Shown here piece after piece: positions 26,210 through 38,127 of a stretch of DNA of 64,000 nt. Position 1 is the first letter of the stretch; each line of letters begins with the position of its first letter. Origin of the DNA: Marsupella aquatica (Eukaryota; Plantae; Marchantiophyta); assembly GCA_973895155.1 (NCBI GenBank), contig OZ316891.1:22649884-22713883 (forward strand), written 5' to 3'. A model generated the notes under the pieces. That model saw only the letters and a list, made by a program, of their open reading frames with translations, was not told where the DNA came from and did no database searches. Made by a program: the position numbers and the translations under genes.

Positions 26210-27921
26210 ATGCATGCGATTGAAAGAAGTTGGAGTAAGATCATAGCTCCTGCTGCTGTCCATCCCGAGGCACTTTTCGTAATTCGCAAAGGGGCAGCTC
26301 TTGTGGTGGAATGCGGAGGAAGAAGGAAGGCGGTAGAGCGCATGATCACAACACTACAGAGAAGTCGCCATGATGTCCGGTCTGTAAGGGGAACTCTGAG
26401 GAGACTCAGCAATGAAGCTAAACCAATGCAGATGCAAATTCTGTTCCAGCTGATCGACGACCAGGACTGGCAGCTGGCCCTTCCGGTAATGGCTTCCACA
26501 ACTATTTCTTGATTTCACAAATTCCTTGTAGGAATTTTGCTTCCAGACTGAAGCCATTTAAGAAGAAATTCAACAGTGAGAATTCACTCCCCATAATTGA
26601 AGACAACGGAGTGGATAATTCTATAGGTTTGAGTGATTCGTTTTAGTTTTTGGACTTTCGAAACAATTCTATATTTAATAATCCTTCTCAGTAGTTCTGG
26701 AAATTCTCTTGGTCCAGGAAATTGTACTGTGATCGGGATCAGGGTTTTGTTTGAGTTCTTGTAACATCACGTCTGTATTTTTGTCCTCATGAATGTTTCC
26801 TGGCAGCATTTCTCTAAGTCTGCTGTTTTGGTGGACCACAGATGTACAAATCATTGATTGAAAAGGATTGGTACAGATGGAGTCCCACTGTGCACGCAAG
26901 ATTGGTGGCTCTTCTGGTTTTTGTAGATCAACCAGACGAAGCAGAATTGTTGGTCTCAGAGTTACCTGGGCAGTACAACAATACGGAGAGACTTGATCTC
27001 CAAGTCTGTCTAATTGGAAGCTACGCAAAGTATGGTCTTCTTGACAAAGCATTGACTACATTCCATGGCCTTCAGTGCCACTCTCTTCCAAATATTGAAT
27101 GTTTGAGCTACGGAGCCTTACTTCGGGCATATTCATCCTTGGATCTTCCGCATCAAGCCTACCTAGTTTTGAAAGAAATGAAGAGCAAGGACATTCGTCC
27201 ACGCCTGCATGATTTCAAGGCTCTTCTGGCTGCATTTGGCAGGGGTGAGCATTTTGCAGACATGGAGAAGGTAGCCCAAGAAGTTTATGACACTGGTATT
27301 AAACTAGACCAGGCAGGGTTCAATATGATGTTGTCTGCATACGGCCAAGGGAGAAGGTTTGATTGTGTTAGCGTAACCTTGCAGACAATGAGGGAGTTAG
27401 GCATCTCGTGTTCTATCAACACATACAATGCGATTAGTAAATCATGTCCAAGCCTCATTACCTACTTCGAGTCTCTGCACGAATTACCCAAAAGTGCGGC
27501 TTCCGTCTGTACTTCCTTGCAGTTAATGGGCATAACAGATGGCGAGCTGGGGGCCGTCAAAGAATTACTAGCTCTAGGATTACCTACAGGCTCGGTGAAG
27601 TGGGACAAAGACGTTTGGGAGCTAGACATGCATGACATGTTTCAAGGAACAGCCAGCACAGCACTTTTTCATTGGCTTCAACAACTGAAAGCTCAGTGCA
27701 TAGACGGCGTGCCAGTCCCTCAAACAATAAGAGTGGTCACAGGTTGGGGCAAGCACAGTGATATTGAGGGAAGACCGGTACTTAAGCACAAAGTGCTCGA
27801 GTTGCTGGAAAGGATGCAGTCCCCATTCAAAATAGACAGCCATAACAGAGGTGTTCTCATGTCTCGCGGATCTACTCTCAAGAGCTGGTTGATAACTGAC
27901 CAGATGGTAGCCGTTTCCTGA
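26210..27921 (+). CDS. PPR-SMR protein (At2g17033-like), two coding exons (~26210-26485 and 26842-27921); start codon uncertain
   Basis: ...WQLALP|MYKSLIEKDWYRWSP joined across a GT-AG intron; PPR helices (YGALLRAYSSL, FKALLAAFGRG, FNMMLSAYGQG); C-terminal SMR domain WELDMHDM...IRVVTGWGKHS. Confidence 0.85.
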
Positions 27922-30254
27922 TTGGGTCAGGAAATTCTCATTAGCGGAATTGATAGATGTAATTGTCCAGTAAGTCCATTTGCGGTCCTTGGTTGTGGGA
28001 CTATGCGGGTAATGTTACTTGACGCATAAATTGTCCGTTCAAACGAGAAGCATCAGTTCTATTGAATGGCTGCAGCTAAGGCTTGATCTTAAATGGGATT
28101 TGGATCTCAATATAGGCGTATGCCTCAAAGTGCTGAGAAATGTTCAGGGGATCTTATCAACATTAGAACGCAAAAGTCTGCATGCTTAGAATATTTTAGA
28201 ACAGCAATGGTGAACCATCTCAAAGAATATCGTTCTCCTGGAAAAATCTGACCACAAGAGTTCGGCCTAGATTTTTCCCAGGTTTTTCTCGACAGATACA
28301 AGATCTGTGCTCAAGCCAAATCGCTTAAAACTAAAGAATTCGGAATTTGGTCGAAATCAAAAAGCAAGTTTTGTATCTCATCAATGATGATCTTGACGTC
28401 ACCTAAATACACTGCAATTTCCGAATCACTGAGGGTTGCAAGTCCAGTAGTTGCTGTCAACTAAAAAGAGCACCTTCGAAATTGATAGTTCACATAGAGA
28501 CGAGTCAAAATAATGCCACAGCTTGTCTCTGCAAGACATGGTCTGGAAATAGCAAAAGTCGTGCAATTGTTGGAAGATGGGGTATAAGCATCACATCTCT
28601 GATCTCTCTTATCAGTATTTCAAAGCTGACAGAGGCGAAGAAAGGATACAATTTTTATCTTTGCAATGAAGTAAAAAGGTGAGCATAAGGCAGTAATGTC
28701 TGGATAAAACTGACACAAGCTTGTCTCCAATTTGTGCATGCAACATAGATGTGCCTATGACCCTGTGATGGATAAATTGCATCTTTGGAACATTTTACAG
28801 GTTCTATGAATTGGTAGATCAACCCGCAAATTCGGGTTGGAATGCAGCAAAAGAGAGCCCCAATGGGCTTACGAATTAGATGAGAGCTTCAAAAGAGAAT
28901 GTCAGCTGCGTCAGCTCAATAGAAGCTTGGAAAGTCATTCAGTATCAATTTTGGTTCTGGACTCATAGCTGGAAATTACTGCGGATCCTCATCAGTGCAG
29001 AAATCCTCTAGTCGGCTTCATATCAGGGTAGAAGGATCATGCTAGTGGGGTGTCGAATTCTGAGTCCACTGTTGAAATCATGGTCTAAATTAGAAATTTC
29101 GTTCATCAGCAAACAGCCTGGGACGGTCGGATACCCACTACTCGTAGTGTCGGTGTTTAATCTGAGTGGGTAAACCAGCAATCTTAGCATTACACCCATA
29201 TAGTTCCTGACCCAACAGTTGGCAGTGGCTGTTGAAACATATCGCTCGTTAAAGATGTATCTTCATCCCCCACATGCATCCTTGGATTGGGAAACACTAA
29301 CCAATCCAAGCATTGGACGGTTGGATGGAGCACCTTTTCTAGGAAATTGTACGCTAGTACTGCAATGGGGTGAATGATCTTGAGACAAAGTGCTACAATA
29401 GCAGGTTTACTCGCCCAAGAGTGCAACATTGGTCCCAAATTCTATATCAAAACATGAAGTTGGATCTTTTTCTGGAGCAATGAAGCTCAATTGGCCCCAA
29501 CTAGCTACCCAGGAGTTTTCTTCCTTTTTCTGTTGCAAATTGTCTTCGTCTGCATCTGATTTACGCACTTCTAAAATTTCTATCTCGTCTGAACTCAAAA
29601 TGGAAGTAATGGTCGTATACAATATCTTATGAATAAGTCATCGAGATACATAAATATGCTAATGTGTGCCGCTACACTGCAATGTGTGAGTCTTACAATC
29701 TGTTAGCAATTAGAGACAACCGCCAAGAATCCCGAACCAAGAAATGATACCGCTACTTACAATAGTATATTCAAGATTTGGAAGCACTGATCATGCAAAG
29801 TTAGTACCAAAGGAGGAATCCATATCAAGCAATTGGATTGTAAACGCTGAACTGCTACTGCCCAACTCAATGATCTTCTTACTCTACGTGGACTAAAATA
29901 CTTGGGTGATGGGCTCGATCTCTTCTAGAAATCTTCGCGAAACACAGATCGCATGCGATTTTGTTACAACACGAATTGTAGCATTGATATTCCGTATACG
30001 ACGAGAAATCTTCCTACAGAAATCTTCATGAAAAACATCAATGAATAAATTGACAATTATCATCTATAGTGTACAATTACCTTCCTAGTAGTTCGAGACA
30101 GGGAGAAGGGTAGGTCCTGTCTGTAATTGGTCTCAACTCAACGACGCTGTACCACGTCGATACTGTAAGGCCTTGGGGTATGCACGAGGCGCCTAAATCT
30201 ACCTTCAACCCTAAACAAAGACGCAAATTATCTACACAATCCTACAGCTGTCAG

Positions 30255-31769
30255 CTACTCTGAGTCATCGTTATGGACAACGGGTTGCGAGTCCTCGCCA
30301 CTGTGTTGCGCACTAACTCTGTCAAAATACTCTGCAAGCTGTTTGATGACCTGCTCTTTATCCTTCTCAGGGTTGAAAATGTCCGAGACAGAGTGACTCT
30401 CGCCAATATTCTGTTTCAAATCAGGTCCATGGAGATCGACAAACTCTTTGATCAATTTATCATAATCCTTCTTTGATCTGTTCTCGTCCCACCCATGGGG
30501 GTCATACTGAGCTTTCACGTATAGAATAGCTCCAGTGACCATCACTCCCAACGAAACCATGGCTATCATAGAGTTGTAGGCATCATTTCTGGAAGCATAA
30601 ACCCACCCTATAGCAGCTGCAGCTACCGCCACAGGAGTAATAGACACGGCGAGACTGTCAGATATGGAAGTCATTACGGCCGTGGTCAATACTTTGCTAG
30701 CAATAGGAGTAGCAGCCCGTGTAGCCAGACCAGCGAAAGGACCAAGTCCCACGGCACCTTTGCCTATGGTCGCAAACTTCTCCAGCAACACGCTGATCTG
30801 CTTGGTGTACACTTCTTTTGAGGCCAGATTCTGCTTGAGAGATTTTTTGAAATTCTTCGGAACTCCCCAGGTTTGACACAAAGCTCTGCAAAGTCCTGTT
30901 AAAAGTGAGCCCACGATAACCTGATGAGGGCCAGGGACGAGTCCAGCTGGAGACGCCCCGATGGCAGCTTCCTTGTAACCTACAATCTCCTTAGCTGAGA
31001 GTCTAATCTTCTCCTGGAAGTCCACAGCTTGGGCAGCTGTCCATGCAGCCTGCAGCTCACTACTATCCAGATGTTGTTGAGTCTTCACAGACACCAGAGT
31101 CAGGGCGTCATCATCAACTCGGTTGTGCTCGACATCATTTGACACCTTCAGTATATTGTTCAGCACTCTCTCCTTGCTGCTTACACCATTCAGAAGCTCA
31201 CCCAGGTGAGCCTCAACATTCTTAGAGTACTCCACCCCCTCAGGATCCTCATCATTATGTGTCACAATAAGCAAAAGAGGAAGCTCTCCATAGCTTCCAA
31301 TTTCGGCCAACACCTTAGCATTCAATTCGTTTTGGTCATCCAACGCAGAAAGAACGAACCACACTAAGTGCACCCGCTCGGAGAAATCTGTCTTTTTCTG
31401 CCTTGATTTCAAGAACTTCTCCAGCTCCTTCAGTTCTAGGTCAGTGTTCCCTATTGCATGCTTTAACACTCGTTTTACCAAACTTTTCTTCGAGGAGTTT
31501 GGGTCCTTAACCTCCGGAGGTGCAATCGCTATGTCACACTCATGAATCTTCAGAGGTAGAGTTGGGTGGTTCCACTCCTTCGTGATGTCATGCTTGCTGC
31601 TTTTCTCGGGGCTTTGCTTGTTCGTCAATCCCAGTAAGAGCCTGATTAGCGTTGTTTTCCCTGCATTGGGCCTGCCGATCACGAGAATTCTCAATGTTCC
31701 GAATACGTCCCCGGACGTCAATTGCTTGTACTGTGCCTTGGAGACGTTTCCGTCCACGTTGTCCCCCAT
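30255..31769 (-). CDS. Intronless 504-aa P-loop G-domain protein with a hydrophobic/helical C-terminal half
   Basis: Long ATG-initiated ORF with Walker A LRILVIGRPNAGKTTLI, HDITKEW, ERVHLVWFVLS, G4-like LIVTHND, and Ala/Gly-rich hydrophobic helices in the C-terminal half. Confidence 0.85.
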   Translation of the reverse strand: MGDNVDGNVSKAQYKQLTSGDVFGTLRILVIGRPNAGKTTLIRLLLGLTNKQSPEKSSKHDITKEWNHPTLPLKIHECDIAIAPPEVKDPNSSKKSLVKRVLKHAIGNTDLELKELEKFLKSRQKKTDFSERVHLVWFVLSALDDQNELNAKVLAEIGSYGELPLLLIVTHNDEDPEGVEYSKNVEAHLGELLNGVSSKERVLNNILKVSNDVEHNRVDDDALTLVSVKTQQHLDSSELQAAWTAAQAVDFQEKIRLSAKEIVGYKEAAIGASPAGLVPGPHQVIVGSLLTGLCRALCQTWGVPKNFKKSLKQNLASKEVYTKQISVLLEKFATIGKGAVGLGPFAGLATRAATPIASKVLTTAVMTSISDSLAVSITPVAVAAAAIGWVYASRNDAYNSMIAMVSLGVMVTGAILYVKAQYDPHGWDENRSKKDYDKLIKEFVDLHGPDLKQNIGESHSVSDIFNPEKDKEQVIKQLAEYFDRVSAQHSGEDSQPVVHNDDSE

Positions 31770-34700
31770 GATCTAATGCCTGCTTAGCTAATCACAGCAC
31801 GAGCAACATACAAAGAGGAAAAACCGGAGAGACAGTAGCAAGAAATCCCCAACAGTTTTCGCCCTAGATTTCAACTCCACCTACGCTCAGCTTCTAATCT
31901 GACAATCAATCAAACCTCTGGGGGGCAGTAAGGAGATGAAGAAAGAGCCATCCACTACTCCCAACTGATTGCAATCCTCGCTTCAAGACATCGCCCAGAG
32001 AAGCCGAGAAACGCAGCCGTATATAAACAACAGTTACAATTTCCCCCAAAGAAGATGTACACCTCATAAGCACGGAAGCGAGAGGCAATCAGGGACCCAG
32101 GCAAAACCAAAAATCCAAGATCGGATGCACAAACCTCACACCCTTAGAAACCTAGATTGTATGCACGCGTCCTGAGATCCGATCCAGGCCTGCGCACCAT
32201 GCAACAAAAAAGGCTGTAGAGGGACACATCATATCTTCAGCGTACTGCACAGAGGCCCCACAAACTGGTCGGTGTTTTACTCAAGTCACCTCGAAACTAT
32301 CTTCTACAGCACACTCTATTTTACTTAACCCCTCACACAGCATTCATACTGTCAATTACACGGTCCCAATCCGCATTTGAGTACAAAGATGAGAATTTTG
32401 GTGTTCTTCATCAGTAATCAGTAGTGCCCGGGATTTGCTCTCCAGACTGATGTGGCACTCGCTCATCAGTCACGACCAATTCAATGTACAGCAGACATTG
32501 CAGCCTCGGAATCGGTACAGCACAAAGGTCGTATGTGGGTCAGGCTCAGGCTCTTCTGTGCATGGACATGCAGGTTCTCCACTGAAGAACCTTACCTCGA
32601 GGCCATCAAAACTGTGGTGGCAAAAGGAGTAGACATGGCTCTCCACAGAAGAGCTTTGCTTTGTGGCCATAAAAAAAACTCTGCAGCCTTTTTTTCTCTT
32701 CTTTCAAAGCTATAGCCAAAAGCCAAGAGTAGCAAAACGATTCTCGATGAGAGTTAGCAGACCTCATTTATTGGTGTGTATTGGGTCCCGCCATTCATTG
32801 TTGCCCCTTAGTGTAAGCTTGGGGTCTCCATAACTGCACATCAAAATATGACATACTGTGCATGACATCCTTTCATGCCATGATAAATCTTGTTATTTTG
32901 AATACCTTGATATTTTCTTCAAATCAATGAATGCACACCCTATGTTACCACATTTTGATGTGACAGGGGTAGACTTGCCATAAAGATCCAAGTATGCATG
33001 TCTTCACATCAATCTTGCTTTTAATGCTGATTAGCAGTGAGTAGCCCATGCGCATCTGCGGGGTGCCCACTTGGGTCAGATTCTGATATTAGGCAAGATA
33101 TTAGCCGCAAAAGTGGGTTCATTCAATCCAATTGCACTTAGAAAAATTCTGAGGCAGTGGGCAGCAGGCTGGGGCAGGTACATGAAGGAGGCATACAGGC
33201 AACGGTCTCGATCTTGGTCTCGATCTTGCCTTTCGAGCTAAATCACATTTCTTGGTCAATGCTTGGTTGATTGCCTTGAAGGTTTTGTGAGCTTGGACTA
33301 TGGCAATGAAGCAAGCAAGCATAGCACTCTTCATTGCGGCAAGTAAGTGTCGGAGTTCAGGCTTCATTCGTTGACCAGCTTTTGCACATTTTTACCCATT
33401 CTTGCAAGGGGGGGGGGGGCATGCAACATAGAGGACATGTGTGCTACATTTCCACTGCCTACCCCCATTTCCCACAGCAAGAATACGAGGCAAACTGGGC
33501 GAATGCTAAGACTTTCTTTCCATGCACCCTATAAATCCCCGCCCCCCTTCCGTCCCCCCTCCCCCCCATTCCGGCAACCAGGGGTGACACATATGGAGTA
33601 TACTGCTTCAAGAGCTGCACACTAGCTTGTTTTGGACAGCCTTTGGCAGATGCAAAGATAATTGAAAGCTGCTCACATTAATTACTCAAAAATGGACAAC
33701 CATAGGCTCAGGTTTGAACCCCATCCCAACCATTTTGCTTGACTACAATTTTAACTACTGGATAGGCTCCCAGATGGGATCTCCATCCAAGATATTTTGC
33801 TGGAATAGGACTTAAAGCTTGGATGGGATTTAGATCCCAAACATTTTTGCTGGAATAGGATTTTAAAGCTCAGAGAATCTATGGAACTATGAAGTTTTAC
33901 TAGGTTTGATATGGATTCAGGGTACAACCAACAGAGAATTTTAGGATCCTATCCTAGTTCAGAGGTTTGGATGGGATCCCATCCGAGCTTGTGGTTTTTT
34001 AGAAAGGCAAACAAATGACAAAATACGACTTCAAAAGGAAGACACGTGTCTAGTTGCAACAAGCCCCTCAATGTTGCTGTTGACAACAAAAGAGTGACAA
34101 TGCAATTTTGTGTGGCCCACCAGCCTACAAATTGGTAGCGTCTTTGCTTCGTTGATTGCCACAATTGCTTGTTTGACAAAGCTCATTGTAAACTTGTTAT
34201 AAAGTGAGGGTGACACGTACACTGGCTAGCTTAATGTAGATTTGCCAAGTGGCTTAATTTCGTCCAGCACATTTGTTTGCTATGGTGACACAACAACTGC
34301 TGGGTCAGGCGCTCATCATATTGTAGTAAAAGTATTGTTGGGGCATCTTGAGGTACTGTGCTCCAGTTGCCATCATTGGGCCACCTTGAGATAATCCCTT
34401 ATTTATATATCCCTTTGTCCAGATTGTATACAGAAGGGAGGATAAGGTTGCCAAAACTGAATATTATTGCCTTTCAAATTATAGAGCAAGCCGTATCAGC
34501 AAAAGGTCGTGGCTGTTATCTTGCAGTTTACAAAAAATTCCGTACTGGTTTCTCCTTAGCCCCTTATTAGTGGGCTTTGGTCCAACCCTTTGTCCCTCCT
34601 GGGTATGACCCAGAGTATGACTCCTCTTGTGGGCTACCCTATGGAGGTGGCTGCAGTTGCTAGTATATTAATTTTCTGTTGAATAGGTCAACTTTTGGTA

Positions 34701-35199
34701 TTCAGGGCAAAATAAAATAAAAAATTACAAAAACTAATCTAAGGGCAAACTTGCCTAACTAGACATGACCCCAGTTCATTTTACCAAGTGGAAAATGAAA
34801 TGAAGAAACTAGCACGATAAAAAATTTATTGCACTAAATCAAGCTAGAAATGGTTACTTTTCAAAATATTATTTAAAAAACCAACACCAATACAATCATA
34901 CAGAAGTGATGGTTTTATCTTGAGTTAAATCTATGTCAAGTCTCGGGGGGGGGGGGGGGGGGGGTCACTTCCATGGAAGTGGCATATCATGTGCGACGAA
35001 GTATAGGGCCATTTAAATGGTTTTGGCGGAAGACTTATTAAGTCTTCTATAGAAATATAAGGTTGTTTAATTGCAAAATGCATACGTGTCATCACATGAT
35101 TGGTGCCGTACAACTTTCTAGAAAGTGACTTAGGGGGGTCATAAATGACCCAAACCGTCGCACGTGATGTATGACCCTTCATATAGTGAACCCCCTGAG

Positions 35200-35868
35200 C
35201 GTCAAGTTAATGCGCCCCCACTTTCCCGGGGCGCCGTACTCTGCCCGTCCTAGTCCCCGACGCTGCTGCCCGCTCTGGCCTGAGTTTGCCAGAACATAAA
35301 CCAATAGTCTAACATTTGGTCGCCCGATCCGGCCCGATCAACTTTGTGCCATCGACTTCAGGTTTGTGTTTTGGCACCCATCACTTTTTAGGCTCCCCTT
35401 GAACACTTAGACTCTATCATGAAATAGGTATGACTCCATTGGAAAGAAGTGTTGCCAAAACATAAACCATGACTCCATCAAGAAGAAACATTTGACAAAA
35501 CATCAACCAAGACTCTATCAATCATGACTCTTAACCAAGTACTAGGCTCCCTTGAACACTAAGACTCTATTACAAAGCAAGTATGACTCTGTGGGAAATA
35601 AGTGTTGCCAGAACATAAACCACGACTCCACAATGAAGAAGTAGATGACACAAAGTCAATCGGGCCGGAGCGCGCAACAAAAAGTGATGGGTGCCAAAAC
35701 ATAAACCCAAAGTCGACGACACAAAGTTGATCGGGCCGGAGCGGGCGACAAAATGTTAGAGTATTGGTTTATGTTCTGGCAAACTCGTGCCGGAGCGGGC
35801 AGCAGCATCGGGGAGTGGGACGGGCAGTGTACGGCGCCTCGGGAAAATCGGGGCGAATTAACTTGACG
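35200..35868. mobile_element. Foldback/MITE-like non-autonomous element with ~190-bp terminal inverted repeats
   Basis: 35200-35388 (cgtcaagttaa...tggcacccatcactttt) is the imperfect reverse complement of 35678-35868 (aaaagtgatgggtgcca...ttaacttgacg). The spacer contains a direct duplication (aggctccc...ttgaacact.agactctat at ~35390 and ~35544). Confidence 0.85.
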
Positions 35869-38127
35869 TAGATTTAACTCGCGGTGATGGTTTTGGGACA
35901 AGTCAATGAATGCCATAAATAATTTATATAGGTTTAAAAATTTTACATTAAAACAATACCTACATTGATATATCAGTGTTTTACATGAAAATAGACCTAT
36001 CCTTAAACGTCACAAAAGTTTTCGTGCAACTTTTGCAAAATAATTATAAAAAAAACTATCCACAAACTCCTTTAACCAGGCACGACTAGCTTAATGACTG
36101 GTGCCTCTTTTTGTATTAAAGTTGGACAAAGCTTATTTTCTGAAATATGAAGTCTTTTCAAAAATAATATGCACCACTCAGAATTTACAGATAGGTCCAA
36201 TGCATTGTAATTTTTTTCCATGTTTCGCACCTAGAATTATGTTTACAATGATAGGTTTGGTAACATGATGTTGAAGATGGCTCCTCCCACTCCTTGATTG
36301 GGCCAAAAAGGGTCCATTTGGCTCTGTTGTAACAAGAAGTAGGTTACTCAAACCCTGACCGACAGACATATACATAACCTAGCCTAGCTGACGGAACTCT
36401 TCCCACACCTAGCGAGGGGACAACAAGAGGGTACCAGACCAAGAACTGAAAAAGAGAATCAAGAGGTGGTTTAAGAACTTGTCAATCATCTCAACCATGA
36501 CACGTGAGCATGTTACAACAAGTATCAAGGTTGCCATTGAAACCCAACTAGGATTGGTAGTCTCAAAACCATGTTGTGCTGCCACACATATGTGACATGT
36601 GAATTCAACTTTGTTCAAATATCCAGATCCAATGGTGCAATGTAAGTCAACTTTACTGAAAAAGCCTCAGACATCCAATGGTGCAGATTTAGTGATACAG
36701 TGATAAAGCAAAATAGAAGGGTTGGGTTTATGTGAAGCCCCCCTTGAGGTGGTTTGAAGAATAGACCATTGGGTCCATTCATTCTTAGTTTACTCGACAA
36801 GCCTAATCCCATTGTGCACATTTAATTTGATACAAATGATGTAATAGAGAAGGGCTGGCTTATATATAGTGCGTCCCCATTGATGTGGTTTAAAGAATTA
36901 TACTAGATCACTTAGTCCATTCCACTTGAAGCATTCCTGCTAGCTCTACCACAGCCAGGATGGTACATGACATATCTTGTTTACCACTGTGGGAGCTTGA
37001 TGATCAACACATTCATGTACGTCCGACGATTTCTCGCTTGCGGATCTTCAACATTATGGAGACCGAGACTATATATAGTTGAGATTTCAGACGTCAAACT
37101 TGACGTAAGTTCGTTTTTCATTCTTGTAGTAGAAGGTTTCTGTTTGGATTTCCAGTACTTTGATGGCATTTGCGGCTCGAAGGCATCGATGATTGGAGGT
37201 CTTCTCTTCATTGAGAATCTGGGATCATTTGGATGCCAATATATAGCAACCGCTTCAAACTTTGGCATAGCTGCCAGACAACCGTACTTGGCTGGGCTAT
37301 CTCCCCAGAGTTTGAGTGGGCATTGGTCTGTAGTTCTACTTAAATCACAGCACAAATTTACTTGTTGCAGACTAGAAGGTATCGTCTCTCGCACTCGTGA
37401 CAGGCTCTCGCAGTACTTCATGTACTTGACAGGTACAGTGTTCTAGTCTCAGTAATTTATCCGCAGAAGATGGCATTTTCGGAGCATTGTCAAATATGAA
37501 AATTCAGGACTCGTGTGTCTCTAGATTTCCACCAAGTTGATCCCTAACTTGGAAGGACGCGAGATTATAGCGAGGAATGCAAATCGCTTTCACCATTTTA
37601 AAGCTGCCGCGTGTTTACGTGATTAATACTGGTGACCAGATTGAATTGCCCGTCGGAATTGTGTTAATTTGAACAAGTAGCTAGAACATATGAAATTATG
37701 TACTTCTGGGATCAATGAAACCTGGCTGGACGGATCTGAGTACTCCACTCCGACAAATAAAATCTGATTTATGGTCTAAGAACATATATAATTATGACAC
37801 ACTAGCTACCAACTGACAACGAAACAGCTCAACGATTTAATTGAATTGGAAAGTTCGTGGTGAATTCAAATTTACAGTACCGTTTGCAAGAATTTGTTTG
37901 CGGGGTACGTCATTTCACTTCAAACTACTGGAGTCAATCCCCACTAAGCTTGAATAGTTTCAAAGCGGGTCTCACCTTCATACTTCATACTGGATATGGA
38001 TAGGTGCAGACCATCATCTAATATTAACGGCACAAATGCTACACTACCCTTCCCCGGGTGTTTATCTGAAGTAGAATCTTCTCCTAAGGTAGAAGGAGCC
38101 CCACTTCAGGCATATATTATTCCTACT

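Noticed and set aside
28850-29630. Short coding-like ORFs downstream of the G-domain gene
   Set aside because: Fragmented by stops, with no family recognisable by eye.
34300-34720. Possible LINE 3' remnant, weakly similar to ~13390-13530
   Set aside because: Similarity is short and patchy with no RT motif visible; too weak to call.
34944-34964. Long poly-G run (another at ~33407-33419)
   Set aside because: Simple homopolymer of unreliable length with no supporting structure.
36967-37446. Overlapping 159-aa and 146-aa ORFs on opposite strands
   Set aside because: No recognisable motifs or splice context; cannot be supported as genes.
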